Assembly: GCA_030148745.1 (NCBI GenBank)
Contig: JASBSV010000013.1
Span: forward strand, 164-64,163
Direction: 5' to 3'
Length of the DNA stretch: 64,000 nt
Source: Paracoccaceae bacterium
GTDB lineage: Bacteria; Pseudomonadota; Alphaproteobacteria; Rhodobacterales; Rhodobacteraceae
The stretch's first letter is position 1; each line of letters starts with the position of its first letter. Below, piece after piece: positions 10,697-19,909 of the stretch. The position numbers and the translations under genes were made by a program. Below the pieces are notes generated by a model. That model saw only the letters and a program-made list of their open reading frames with translations, had not been told where the DNA came from and ran no database searches.

Positions 10697-12857
10697 CAAA
10701 GGCAGGGCCTTTGCCGATCTCTCCGATGAGCGCGGCCGGATAGCCGGCTTCGGTCAGCCGGCCTAGCAGCGCGGGCGCCTCTTGCGGCGCAACCGCCGCC
10801 AAAAGCCCCCCGGCGGTCTGCGGATCAAAGATAAGACCGGCAAGCGGACCCTCGGGCAGCGACACCGCCGCCGCCGCCCGCCGGTTGCCCTCAAAAAGGG
10901 TCGAGCGGTGCCCGGCCTGCGCCAGTTCCGCCGCGCCTTCCATCAATGGCACATTTGCCAGAGTGACCCGGGCCGAGACGCCCGAGGCCTCGCAAATGCC
11001 AAGAAGGTGCCGCGCCAGGCCAAAGCCGGTGACATCGGTCATCGCATGGGCGCCGCCCAGAATGATCGAAGCCGCCCCTTGCGGCCGGTCCATCAGATCA
11101 AGGCAGCCGGCGACCCATTCGCCCCGCGCCGCCAGGGCCATTTCCGCCGCCAGTATCGTGCCCGAGCCGATGGGCTTGGTCAGGATCAGCGCATCGCCCG
11201 CCTGTGCGCCCTTCAGGGTGATCGGGGCTTTGTCGGCCATCCCTGTCACCGTTATCCCGATCGTCATCTCCGCCCCCGTGGTGGTGTGCCCGCCGACAAT
11301 CTCGGCACCGGCATCGGTAATCACATCGTTCAGCGCCGTCATGATCTCATCCATCGTGCGGGCCTGCAGGGTCTGGGACATGCGCGGCAGGATCAGCGAG
11401 GCAAGCGCCGCCTGCGGCTGCGCCCCCATCGCCCAGATATCGCCCAAAGCGTGCTGCGCGGCGATACGTGCGAAAGGCCGGGGATCGGCGGTAAAGGCAT
11501 TCAGGTGATCGGTGCTCAGAACCTGCCGCTGCCCGCCGATCCTCAGGATCGCGGCATCGTCCCCGGCAAGGCTTTCGACATCCTTTCGCCGGGGGGCGGG
11601 CAGGCGGGACAGGGCATCGCTCAGCACCCCGGGGGCAAGTTTGGCGCCGCAGCCCGAACAGGGCGGCTGACCGTCGCCCAGCACCTCGTCGATCTCAAGC
11701 GCGCGCTCGCGCGGCAGGGCGGGGGCAGGCATCGGCGCCAGCGTGGTGAATTTATCCATAAAGGCGCGGTCGATCCGGTCTTTGAGCTGCCAGAGCCGGG
11801 GGCCGTGCAGTGTCAGGCCGAATTTCTCGGCCAGCGCCGATTTGCCGCCCAGCGATATCAGTTTGAGGTAATCCTTTTGCGGCTTGAACCGCCGCATCCG
11901 TCCGCCGCCAAGCGCCGCGCGCAGATTGGCAAGCAGAACCGGCGCCTGACGCACGGCAAAAACCCCGGCCTTGGGGCGCGGCGCGAAACTTTGATCGGCG
12001 CAATCGCCCACGGCAAAGATATCGGGATCGGCAAGACTCTGAAGCGTCGGGCCGATGGGAATGAAGCCGCCTTCGCCGGTCAGCCCGGTCTGCGACAGCC
12101 AGCCATGGGCACGCGCGCCTGCCGCGCCCAGCGTGAAATCGGCGGGCAGTTTTTCCCCATCGCTCAGATGCACCGCATCGCCGGTGATTTTCGCAACCGC
12201 GCGGCCCGACCGGATGGTGATCCCGGCGCCCGCCATCTGTTGCAAAAGCGCCTGCCGCGCGGCGCGGCCCAACTCGGCCAGCGGCTGGCTCGTCGCCTCG
12301 ATCACCGTGACGCTGCCCTCGCGCCCGCCCGCTCTTTGCGCATGGCGCATCGCAAGGGCAAGCTCGCACCCCGCGACGCCGCCGCCGATGACCACCACGC
12401 GCCCCGGGCCGGGGCGGGTCAGAAAGCCCGTCCAGGCTCTGGAGTAGCTGCCCAGCGGCTTGGCGGCGATGGCAAATTCGTCAAAGCCGGGGATCTCGCT
12501 CATCGCTGAGGTGATGCCGATATCGACCGAGGCGATGTCATAGGCAAGATCGGGCCGCCCGGCGATCGCGATACGCTTGGCCTGACGGTCGATGCCGGTG
12601 GCCTGCGACAGGATCAGCCGCGCACCGGCAAACCGCGCCAGCCGCACCAGATCGATATCCAGATCGTCGCGCTGATAATGGCCCGCGACAAAGCCCGGCA
12701 GCATCCCGGTATAGGGCGCGGTGGGGCCGGGGTTGATCAGGCTCAGGCGCACGCCGGGCAAAGGGTTCATGCCCCATGACCTGAGCGCCAGCGCATGCGC
12801 ATGACCGCCACCGATCAGAACCAGATCGCGCGTCAGGGGAAGGGCAGGGGTCATCAT
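10683..12857 (-). CDS. selD: Bifunctional FAD-dependent pyridine nucleotide-disulfide oxidoreductase / selenide, water dikinase (SelD fusion)
   Basis: 724 aa. The N-terminal ~370 aa have two dinucleotide-binding motifs (LIGGGHAH, VIGGGVAGCE) and FAVGDCA. The C-terminal ~350 aa are a SelD/AIR-synthase-like fold with the Cys/Lys loop CSGCGAKLAPGVL, equivalent to E. coli Cys17 and Lys20. Confidence 0.85.
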   Translation of the reverse strand: MMTPALPLTRDLVLIGGGHAHALALRSWGMNPLPGVRLSLINPGPTAPYTGMLPGFVAGHYQRDDLDIDLVRLARFAGARLILSQATGIDRQAKRIAIAGRPDLAYDIASVDIGITSAMSEIPGFDEFAIAAKPLGSYSRAWTGFLTRPGPGRVVVIGGGVAGCELALAMRHAQRAGGREGSVTVIEATSQPLAELGRAARQALLQQMAGAGITIRSGRAVAKITGDAVHLSDGEKLPADFTLGAAGARAHGWLSQTGLTGEGGFIPIGPTLQSLADPDIFAVGDCADQSFAPRPKAGVFAVRQAPVLLANLRAALGGGRMRRFKPQKDYLKLISLGGKSALAEKFGLTLHGPRLWQLKDRIDRAFMDKFTTLAPMPAPALPRERALEIDEVLGDGQPPCSGCGAKLAPGVLSDALSRLPAPRRKDVESLAGDDAAILRIGGQRQVLSTDHLNAFTADPRPFARIAAQHALGDIWAMGAQPQAALASLILPRMSQTLQARTMDEIMTALNDVITDAGAEIVGGHTTTGAEMTIGITVTGMADKAPITLKGAQAGDALILTKPIGSGTILAAEMALAARGEWVAGCLDLMDRPQGAASIILGGAHAMTDVTGFGLARHLLGICEASGVSARVTLANVPLMEGAAELAQAGHRSTLFEGNRRAAAAVSLPEGPLAGLIFDPQTAGGLLAAVAPQEAPALLGRLTEAGYPAALIGEIGKGPAFVTFE

Positions 12858-13004
12858 CGTCGCCTCGGCTTTGTCACCGCAGATGTCCTAGTGGGTTCAG
12901 CGCCGGAAGGCGAGGGGCGATAGCACCGCGCCTATGGGCGAATTTGCGGCGCCGGGGCTGGACCTTGCGGCATTGGTCATGCCACAGAATGCCCAAGCTG
13001 AAGG

Positions 13005-14246
13005 ATGGATAGCCCGATGAGCACAGATCGCCAGATTGCCCGCGCCCTTTTCGACACCGGGGTTGCGGCCGCCGATCCGGCCCGCGCGGTGCGCCGGTCG
13101 CTGGCCGAAAAGGGCCTGCCGCCGCTTGCCGGCAAACGGGTCATTCTGGCCATCGGCAAGGCGGCGCTGGCGATGCTGGAGGGGGTTGGCGATCTGCCGG
13201 CGGCGCGGGTCATCGTGGTCACCAACCCCGAAAACGCCCGCCCCCGCGCGGGGGCCAAGGTGTTTGCCGCCGCCCATCCGGTGCCCGATCAGACCGGGCT
13301 TGAGGCATCGGCAGCGGTTCTGGCGGCGGTCAGCGATCTGGGCGCGGGCGATCAGGTTCTGGCGCTGATCAGCGGCGGCGGCTCGGCCCTGTTGCCGGCG
13401 CCGGCTCCGGGGATCACGCTGGCCGATAAGATCGCGGTCAATCAGGGGCTTCTGGCCTCGGGCGCCGAAATTACCGAGATGAATCTGGTGCGCCAGCAAT
13501 TATCGGCGCTCAAAGGGGGCGGGCTTTTGCGGGCGGCGGCGCCGGCATCGGTGACCGCGCTGATCCTGTCGGATGTGATCGGCGATGATCTGCGCGTGAT
13601 TGCCAGCGGCCCGACCGTCTCGCCCATCGGTACCCGCGCCGATGCAGCCGCGATCCTGCGCGCGCGCGGCCTGTGGGAGGGGCTGCCCGAGGCGGTGCGC
13701 GCCCATCTGAGCAGGGCCGAGGAAGAGCCGCCCGCAGCCAGCAGCGCCCCGGCCATGGCCGACAACCGGCTGATCGGATCGAACGCGATCAGCCTTGCGG
13801 CGATGGCCGCGCAGATGCCGCAGGCCTATTGCCACGCGCGCCCGCTTTTGGGCGATGTGGGCGATGCCGCCGCGCGGGTGCTGGACGCGGGGCTGGGGGT
13901 GCATCTTTTTGGCGGTGAGACGACCGTGGTTCTGGCCGGCGATGGCCTGGGCGGGCGCAATCAGGAACTGGCGCTGCGCGTGGCGCTGGGCGCGCGCGAT
14001 GCCGGCTGGGGTGAGTGGGTTTTCCTGTCGGGCGGCACCGATGGGCGCGACGGGCCGGTTGATGCCGCAGGCGGTCTGGTCGATCAGGGGACAGTGGCGC
14101 GGATCGAGGGCGCGGGCATTGATCCGCGCGCGGCACTGGCGCGCAACGACAGCTATCCGGCCCTGCAGGCCGCTGGCGATCTTTTGATGACCGGCGGCAC
14201 CGGCACCAATGTGGCCGATCTTCAGATCCTGATCCGCCGCAGCTGA
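13005..14246 (+). CDS. Glycerate 2-kinase / hydroxypyruvate reductase family protein (DUF4147 + MOFRL, TtuD-like)
   Basis: Motifs GKAALAM, ISGGGSALL, LSGGTDGRDGPVDAAGG. Confidence 0.8.
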   Translation: MDSPMSTDRQIARALFDTGVAAADPARAVRRSLAEKGLPPLAGKRVILAIGKAALAMLEGVGDLPAARVIVVTNPENARPRAGAKVFAAAHPVPDQTGLEASAAVLAAVSDLGAGDQVLALISGGGSALLPAPAPGITLADKIAVNQGLLASGAEITEMNLVRQQLSALKGGGLLRAAAPASVTALILSDVIGDDLRVIASGPTVSPIGTRADAAAILRARGLWEGLPEAVRAHLSRAEEEPPAASSAPAMADNRLIGSNAISLAAMAAQMPQAYCHARPLLGDVGDAAARVLDAGLGVHLFGGETTVVLAGDGLGGRNQELALRVALGARDAGWGEWVFLSGGTDGRDGPVDAAGGLVDQGTVARIEGAGIDPRAALARNDSYPALQAAGDLLMTGGTGTNVADLQILIRRS

Positions 14247-14261
14247 GGCGTCGCGCAGGGC

Positions 14262-15650
14262 TTAGCGATCTGCCAGCCGGTCGACGGGCAGGCCGCTGGG
14301 CACCGCCTTTGGTGCGCCCAATGGCCGGCCGGTCACCGCCGTGCGCCCGGTCAGCGCGGTCAGAAAATCGGCCAGCGCCTCAATCTCGGCCTGCGACAGA
14401 TCAACCGGCGTTATGTCGATGCGCGCGGCCTGACGGGCCATCTCGCGCGCGTCGTCCTGAATGATGAAATCCACCGGCGCCAGCCATGGCACATCCGGCA
14501 GCGCCGCCATCTCGCGTCGCCAGCTTTGGCGCGCGGCGGCCGGATCAAGATGCTGGCGGATGATGCCCTGCAGATCGGGCCATGCGCCATTGTGCCCGTA
14601 AGGCGCGGTCAGCGCCACATTGCGCAGGGACGGCGTGCGAAAACGGTAAGCATCCTGCAAACGGTCGGTCTTGCCCATCCGGCCCAGATCGCGGGCATAA
14701 GGGTCGAACCGCCGGGTGCGCCCCGGCCCGAAAGCAGGCAGGCCAAGGGCATAGAATTTCTGATCGCTCAGCAGGGGCCCCGAATGGCAGCTGGCGCAAT
14801 TGGCCTTGCCGTAAAAGAGATCAAGCCCCGCCGCCTGACGCGGGCTGAGCGCGGATTTATCCCCCGCCAGCCATGCATCAAAGGGGCTGTCAAAGCTTTG
14901 CCATTCGCTGGCCATAAAGGCGGCAAGCGCATCGGCGATCTCGACTATGGTGACATCTTCGGGGGTTTTGACCCGCTCAAAGGCCTTCACGAATTTGCGC
15001 CCGTATTGGGGGATGATGCGCACCCGTTTGGCGAGGATCGGCCAGGCGGCATCGATCCGGTCGTTGATCGCGCCGGCGACCTCATTCTCGCGCGGGTTTC
15101 CGGCCATCTCGAACTGCGCGGTCATCGGAAACAGCGCCTGCGCGGCCAGAACCGATGACAGCCCCTTTGGCAGCCATTCCTCGGCCGGGGTGTTGAACCC
15201 GTTGCCATAAAGGTCCGAGGCCGCAACCCGCCCGTCGGCAAACATCGCCGTCACGCTGCGGTGGCCAAGGTTCCACAAGGCCGGTGCATTGCGCGGGATG
15301 CGTTTGGCGATGCGGCCGTCGCCCGTGCCGGGCCTGCGGTCGGGGCCAAGGCCCGTGCCGCCCTCGCCAATGCCCAACGATATCCCGTCGGCCCCGGCAA
15401 AAGCATCATTATGGCAGGTCCCGCACGAGATATTCTGGTTTCCGCTGAGGATTTTGTCATAAAAGAGAAGCTGACCAAGGGCGGCTTGTTCGGCGTCAAC
15501 CGCCGCGAAATCGCCTGGCTTGATGGGCTGGGGCAATTCTCCGGCCCAAGCGGGCGGGCCGGCGAGCAGGACAGAGGCAAGGAGAAGGGCAAGATGAAGA
15601 GATTTGCAATTGGTGCGTTGCTGGCGCTTGCCCTGACGTCCCCCGCGCAG
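14262..15650 (-). CDS. Di-haem cytochrome c peroxidase family protein (CCP/MauG-like); 5' end unresolved
   Basis: Two CxxCH motifs (CGTCH, CASCH) and signal-like segment LHLALLLASVLLAGPPAWA. There is no in-frame ATG, GTG or TTG between 15848 and the signal peptide. 15650 is an in-frame CTG and the next ATG upstream is at 15848. Confidence 0.7.
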   Translation of the reverse strand: MRGGRQGKRQQRTNCKSLHLALLLASVLLAGPPAWAGELPQPIKPGDFAAVDAEQAALGQLLFYDKILSGNQNISCGTCHNDAFAGADGISLGIGEGGTGLGPDRRPGTGDGRIAKRIPRNAPALWNLGHRSVTAMFADGRVAASDLYGNGFNTPAEEWLPKGLSSVLAAQALFPMTAQFEMAGNPRENEVAGAINDRIDAAWPILAKRVRIIPQYGRKFVKAFERVKTPEDVTIVEIADALAAFMASEWQSFDSPFDAWLAGDKSALSPRQAAGLDLFYGKANCASCHSGPLLSDQKFYALGLPAFGPGRTRRFDPYARDLGRMGKTDRLQDAYRFRTPSLRNVALTAPYGHNGAWPDLQGIIRQHLDPAAARQSWRREMAALPDVPWLAPVDFIIQDDAREMARQAARIDITPVDLSQAEIEALADFLTALTGRTAVTGRPLGAPKAVPSGLPVDRLADR

Positions 15651-16073
15651 GCCGATATCGAAAAGGCCCGTGATCTGATGGAGGCCGGCCAGTTCAAAGA
15701 GGCCCGGGCCGAGCTTTGGCCGGCGGCGCGGTCGGGCAATGCCGACGCGGAAGAGCTGATCGGGGTGCTTTACGCGCTTGGTCTGGGCGTTGAAAAAGAC
15801 CCCCAGCGCGCGTTCGAGTGGTATCTGCGCGCGGCAATGAAGGGTCATCCGGGCGCGCAGTCTGGGGTCGGCTGGTACTATGAGGTCGGGCTGGGCATGC
15901 CCGCGCCCGATCTGACGCGCGCCTATATGTGGTATGTCCTGTCCGCCATCGGCGGCGATCCCGATGCGGCGATCAGTCAGGAAGAGGTGGTCAAGAAAAT
16001 GACGAAAGATCAGATCGAAAAGGCGCATGTGCTGATTGATGACTACCGCGTCTGGCTGTACCCGTTTCGCTAG
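15594..16073 (+). CDS. Secreted Sel1-repeat (TPR-like) protein
   Basis: Signal peptide MKRFAIGALLALALTSPAQA with a GGAGAA RBS upstream. Sel1-type repeats are present (GVLYALGLGVEKDPQRAFEWYLRAA, GVGWYYEVGLG). Confidence 0.8.
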   Translation: MKRFAIGALLALALTSPAQADIEKARDLMEAGQFKEARAELWPAARSGNADAEELIGVLYALGLGVEKDPQRAFEWYLRAAMKGHPGAQSGVGWYYEVGLGMPAPDLTRAYMWYVLSAIGGDPDAAISQEEVVKKMTKDQIEKAHVLIDDYRVWLYPFR

Positions 16074-16117
16074 AGCTTAGACGATAAGCGGCGCGGCGCA
16101 ATCGGGAGAAGAGCGAT

Positions 16118-16828
16118 TTGACCAAAGACGTACCGGCACTTGTCTTTGATGTTTTCGGCACGCTGGTCGACTGGCGCGGGTCGATCCGCGCCATGCTGGC
16201 CGATTTCTTTCAGCCGCGCGGCATTTCCCATGACTGGGAGCGTTTTGCGCTGGACTGGCGCGCGCTGTACCAGCCTTCGATGCAGGCGGTGCGCGAGGGC
16301 GCGCGCGATTACGTCGATCTGGATCATCTGCACCGCGAAAACCTTGAGGTTCTGCTGGACCGCTACGGCATCAGCGGGCTGACCGCGCAGGAGGTCGGGC
16401 AGGTCAATCTGATGTGGCACCGGCTGGAGCCATGGCCCGACAGCGCGCCGGGGCTCAGGCGGCTGGCCCGGCGCCATATCCTTGCCAGCCTGTCCAACGG
16501 CAATATCGCGCTGATGGTCGATCTGGCGCGGCATGGCGATCTGCGCTGGGATGCGATCCTTGGCGCCGATCTGGCCCGCAATTACAAGCCGGTGCCAGCG
16601 GTCTATCTGACCGCCGCCGCGGCGCTGGGCCGCGCGCCGCAGGGCTGTATGATGGTGGCGGCGCATAATGACGATCTGCGCGCTGCCCGGGCGCTTGGCT
16701 TTCAAACCGCCTTTATTCCGCGCCCCGATGAATACGGGGCCGCTGAGGGCCGTGATCTGACCGCTGAGGAGCCTTGGGATTACGTCGCTGGCGATCTTTG
16801 CGATCTGGCGCGTCAGCTGGGGCTTTGA
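16118..16828 (+). CDS. Haloacid dehalogenase type II / HAD-superfamily hydrolase
   Basis: HAD motif I in LVFDVFGTLVDW. TTG start is preceded by a [13 protein letters not shown]. 236 aa. Confidence 0.8.
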   Translation: MTKDVPALVFDVFGTLVDWRGSIRAMLADFFQPRGISHDWERFALDWRALYQPSMQAVREGARDYVDLDHLHRENLEVLLDRYGISGLTAQEVGQVNLMWHRLEPWPDSAPGLRRLARRHILASLSNGNIALMVDLARHGDLRWDAILGADLARNYKPVPAVYLTAAAALGRAPQGCMMVAAHNDDLRAARALGFQTAFIPRPDEYGAAEGRDLTAEEPWDYVAGDLCDLARQLGL

Positions 16829-17178
16829 CCAGGCTGCGGGCCCTCCTGCGCGGCGGGCTCAAGCGGGTGCCCCCCGGCAGCCCAATCCTCGCGCCCGGCG
16901 TCATAGTCATAGACAGCGGTGTAGCCCAGCGCATCCAGACGTTCCGCCGACAGGTTTGAGCGTTTGCAGGGCCCGTTCTTGCAATAGACGACGATGGGGG
17001 TATCGCGGTTGGGGATCTCGGCCGGGGCGCGGGCGATGATATCGTCCGAGGGAATGCTGATCGCGCCCGGAATATGGCCGCGCTGATAGGCGGTTACCGG
17101 CAATGTGTCGATGATCACCGGTGGCGCTGCGCCTTCGATCAGCGACAACAGCGCGCTTCGGTCGATAATTCTGGACAT
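16813..17178 (-). CDS. Single-domain rhodanese-like sulfurtransferase
   Basis: 121 aa with active-site loop YCKNGPCKRS and a GGAGG RBS before ATG 17178. The remainder of the 429-aa ORF in the track is an antisense shadow of the yghU-like gene. Confidence 0.75.
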   Translation of the reverse strand: MSRIIDRSALLSLIEGAAPPVIIDTLPVTAYQRGHIPGAISIPSDDIIARAPAEIPNRDTPIVVYCKNGPCKRSNLSAERLDALGYTAVYDYDAGREDWAAGGHPLEPAAQEGPQPGQSPS

Positions 17179-17385
17179 CCGATCCTCCCTGCCCGGGGCC
17201 GGGCCGCGGCCCGTGTTCAGTGACCTGCCCAAAGACCTAAGCAGCGGCGCGGCCTTGTCAACCTTCGCGCCCGGGCAGAGGCTGTGCATGGATGCAGAGG
17301 TGCGATGCGGCGGCGCACCTTGGAACCGGTCGCGGTTGTGGTTAGGTGAGGGTTCCAGCCAGTGGAAGATACCAAAGGAACAAGC

Positions 17386-18261
17386 ATGTCCGACACCCCC
17401 GACTATACCCCGCCCGCCGTCTGGAAATGGGAAAGCGAAAGCGGCGGCACCTTTGCCAAGATCAACCGCCCCATCGCCGGGCCGACCCATGACAAGGCGC
17501 TGAAGGTCGGCAAACACCCGCTGCAGCTTTATTCGCTGGCCACGCCGAACGGGGTCAAGGTGACGGTGATGCTGGAAGAGCTTCTGGCGCTGGGCCACAG
17601 CGGCGCGGAATATGACGCATGGCTGATCGACATCAGTGAGGGCGATCAGTTTGGCAGCGGTTTCGTCGCGGTGAACCCGAACTCGAAAATCCCCGCGCTG
17701 ATGGATCATTCCACCACCCCGCCCACGCGGGTCTTTGAAAGCGGCGCGATCCTTTTGTATCTGGCCGAGAAATTCGGCGCCTTCCTGCCCCAAGAGCATG
17801 GCGCGCGGACCGAATGCCTGAACTGGCTGTTCTGGCAGATGGGCAGCGCGCCCTATCTGGGCGGCGGCTTTGGCCATTTCTATGCCTATGCGCCCGAGAA
17901 ATTCGAATATCCCATCAACCGCTTCACGATGGAGGTCAAACGCCAGCTGGACGTTCTGGACCGGCATCTGGCCGATCACGCCTATATGGCGGGGGCCGAC
18001 TATACGATTGCCGATATGGCGATCTGGGCCTGGTACGGACAGCTTGTTCTGGGCCGGCTTTACAGCGCGGCTGAGTTTCTGGATGTCGAAAGCTATACCC
18101 ATGTCATGCGCTGGGCCAAAGAGATCGACGCCCGCCCGACAGTTCAGCGTGGCCGCATGGTCAACCGCAGCTTTGGCGATCCGTCAATGCAACTGCACGA
18201 ACGCCACGACGCCAGCGATTTCGAGACAAGTACGCAGGACAAGCTGAGCAAGGCGGAGTAG
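17386..18261 (+). CDS. yghU: Glutathione S-transferase, nu-class (YghU-like)
   Basis: 291 aa. N-terminus PPAVWKWESESGGTFAKINRPIAGPTHDKALKVGKHPLQLYSLATPNGVKV is typical of YghU/YfcG-type GSTs. AAAGGAA RBS present. Confidence 0.85.
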   Translation: MSDTPDYTPPAVWKWESESGGTFAKINRPIAGPTHDKALKVGKHPLQLYSLATPNGVKVTVMLEELLALGHSGAEYDAWLIDISEGDQFGSGFVAVNPNSKIPALMDHSTTPPTRVFESGAILLYLAEKFGAFLPQEHGARTECLNWLFWQMGSAPYLGGGFGHFYAYAPEKFEYPINRFTMEVKRQLDVLDRHLADHAYMAGADYTIADMAIWAWYGQLVLGRLYSAAEFLDVESYTHVMRWAKEIDARPTVQRGRMVNRSFGDPSMQLHERHDASDFETSTQDKLSKAE

Positions 18262-18320
18262 CGCGCCGCGGCGCCCGGCGATCTGGCCGATTTCGCGGGT
18301 GCAATACCGAACCGCGCGGT

Positions 18321-19721
18321 TTACGGCGCTATTTTCAACAGGTGCCGCGTGCCTTCGGCGCTGCTGCAGCTGGTCAGCTTGCCGCCCAGTTGTTGTACAA
18401 AGGCCTGCACCAGCTTTTGGCCAAGCCCGGAATCCACCCGCGCATCGGGGTCGATGCCCGGGCCGTTGTCCCAGATCGCCAGCTCTATACCATCCGCCTT
18501 CGAGACAAGGCTCAGCCCCAGAACCCCCACATCACGATCTGCAAAGGCGTATTTCAGGCTGTTGGTTGCCAGTTCATTGACGATCAGGCCCATCGGAACG
18601 CTTACGCGTGTCGGAAGCAGGATATGTTCAATGGCAAGATTCAGTTCTATCGTGCCGTCAAACGCCTCTACCGAATTTACGGTATCGCTGATGACAGCCT
18701 CCAGATAGGCATCGGCCATCACCGTATCGACCGCCGAGGTCTTGGTCAGGTTGCGGTAAAGCGTACCGATGGAGTTGATCCGGTTGCGCATCCGTTCAAA
18801 CGCTGCCCGGCAGGCGTCATCGCTTAATGTGCGTCCTTCCATAGCGATGACCGAGCCGATCATGGACAGCGAATTCATAATCCGGTGGTTCAGCTCTTCC
18901 AACAGCCGGTTGGAGTGATCCAGCGCCGCCTTTCGCTCTTCGTCAAAACGCCGCTCTTGTGTCACATCCTCCATCGCTAGAAGAAGCGTTTTGCTGTTAT
19001 TGCCTTCGCGGAAAGTTTTGCGGGCATTCAGCAAGATCGTCCGTTTGCCGATATCCGGAAACCTGTGAGTGATCTCAAAGGCCTCGATGGTCGTGTGTTC
19101 GGGAATGACCTCTATCAGAAGCCGGATCAGCTCGTGATTGGCCCATTGCCCGTTTCCAAGATCCGCCAGTTTTTCGCCAATCGTCTGATCGGCGCCAACC
19201 TTGAATGTGCGGTAAAACGCGCGGTTTGCCTCGATGACGCGCAGATCGCCGTCCAGAATTAGCAGGGGTTCGCGCAGGGTGTCGACAATGCCTTCGGCCA
19301 AATGTCGCAGCCGCTCAAGCTCGTGCGCCTTGTCGGCCGCTTCTGTAACGTCATCGATTGCCAGAAGGATCCGTTTCGAGCCGTTGCCGGGCCGCACCGT
19401 CTTGCGCGCATTCAGCCGCATGACCCGCCGCCCGATCTGTTCAAATTTGTGCTCGACCTCGAAATCCTCAAGCGTCTGGTTTTGCGCAATGATTGTGCTC
19501 AGCGGGTCCAGCAGCGCAGGGATATCCCATTGGCCATCACCCAGATCGGCAAGGGCGTGGCCAAGTGTTTCTTCTTTGTTGACCTGAAATGTTTTCAGAA
19601 ATCTGTCGCTGGCATATTCAACGATAAGGTCTTCTGTCAGAACCAAAAGCCCTTCGCGCAGCGTCGCAATGATTTCCGCAGGGTCAATGGCTGCTGGTGC
19701 CGTCGGGGACAGGGCAGGCAT
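18321..19721 (-). CDS. Cytoplasmic dual-PAS sensor histidine kinase, HWE/HisKA_2 type
   Basis: Two tandem PAS modules, H-box ELNHRIMNSL, and ATPase boxes ELATNSLKYAF and WDNGPGIDP. No TM segment and no adjacent response regulator. Confidence 0.85.
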   Translation of the reverse strand: MPALSPTAPAAIDPAEIIATLREGLLVLTEDLIVEYASDRFLKTFQVNKEETLGHALADLGDGQWDIPALLDPLSTIIAQNQTLEDFEVEHKFEQIGRRVMRLNARKTVRPGNGSKRILLAIDDVTEAADKAHELERLRHLAEGIVDTLREPLLILDGDLRVIEANRAFYRTFKVGADQTIGEKLADLGNGQWANHELIRLLIEVIPEHTTIEAFEITHRFPDIGKRTILLNARKTFREGNNSKTLLLAMEDVTQERRFDEERKAALDHSNRLLEELNHRIMNSLSMIGSVIAMEGRTLSDDACRAAFERMRNRINSIGTLYRNLTKTSAVDTVMADAYLEAVISDTVNSVEAFDGTIELNLAIEHILLPTRVSVPMGLIVNELATNSLKYAFADRDVGVLGLSLVSKADGIELAIWDNGPGIDPDARVDSGLGQKLVQAFVQQLGGKLTSCSSAEGTRHLLKIAP

Positions 19722-19851
19722 CAGTTTTATCCTTTGGTGTCGAAAAGAGAGAGTCGCAATGCCCCCCTCTTAACAATGTCAAAAGCCTTTGCCAAATCTG
19801 ATCCCGGCAACGGATGTTGCGCCACTGCCCATGGCTGCTTCGCCCCGGCAA

Positions 19852-19886
19852 TAAAAAACCGCGCGGGGGTCACGCCCCCCGCGCGG
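19852..19886 (-). terminator. Rho-independent terminator of the TRAP (dctQMP) operon
   Basis: 11-bp GC stem CCGCGCGGGGG/CCCCCGCGCGG followed on the minus strand by TTTTTTA, 24 nt after the dctP stop. A weaker T-run (CTCTTTTC) also follows it on the plus strand. Confidence 0.75.
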
Positions 19887-19909
19887 CTCTTTTCGCGGCT
19901 ATCTGCCGG

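Noticed and set aside
16813-18102. 429-aa ORF on the minus strand.
   Set aside because: Only the C-terminal 121 aa (rhodanese, with its own GGAGG RBS and ATG at 17178) look genuine. The upstream part is antisense to the well-supported YghU-like GST gene.
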